Shown piece by piece: positions 62,039 through 64,000 of a stretch of 64,000 nucleotides of DNA. Numbering within the stretch: the stretch's first letter is position 1; every line of letters begins with the position of its first letter. The notes under the pieces were generated by a model that saw nothing but the letters and a program-made list of their open reading frames with translations, made no database searches and was not told the origin of the DNA. This stretch comes from Clostridia bacterium. GTDB lineage: Bacteria > Bacillota > Clostridia > Christensenellales > CAG-138. Position numbers and translations under genes: made by a program. Location of the stretch: positions 78,221-142,220 of the forward strand of contig JAFPXD010000003.1 of assembly GCA_017394835.1 (NCBI GenBank). The letters run 5' to 3'.

Positions 62039-64000
<1,962 letters not shown>

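Overview
The window is a GC-rich Firmicutes/Clostridia chromosomal segment. Supporting gene content: rnfCDGEAB, cotJABC spore-coat genes, PFOR, dockerin modules and a CarD-PIN/TRAM-tRNA synteny. Both ends cut genes that the ORF track omits: thrS at the 5' end and PFOR at the 3' end.

Gene order:
- thrS, deoD
- ECF sigma factor with a putative anti-sigma partner
- carD and a yacL-like PIN/TRAM gene
- tandem tRNA-Ser(UGA) and tRNA-Ser(GCU), followed by an unusual array of structured repeats built from inverted copies of the tRNA-Ser 3' end
- a dockerin protein
- a roughly 10 kb same-strand island of paralogous beta-lactamase-fold hydrolases, GNAT acetyltransferases and a PepF peptidase; it includes one GNAT-hydrolase fusion and a C-terminal module reused on four proteins
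- trkAH
- rnfCDGEAB
- DUF3810, DUF421 and DUF4363 genes
- a 13-gene Wzx/Wzy polysaccharide locus that includes TupA-like ATP-grasp, CapA-like and kinase-like genes
- a cobalamin-riboswitch-led three-gene operon (DUF4430 + dockerin; alpha-toroid + Pro/Thr repeat + membrane anchor; DUF4430)
- a C11 peptidase
- an Opp-type ABC transporter with large inserts in OppD and OppB
- cotJABC
- PFOR

I read the riboswitch-led operon as a split, surface- or cellulosome-displayed transcobalamin-like corrinoid capture system. It is the best candidate for a previously undescribed system in this window.

No CRISPR array, integrase, transposase or prophage genes were seen. Many long ORFs in the track are antisense shadow ORFs. 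All family assignments come from motif recognition by eye and need HMM or structure confirmation.
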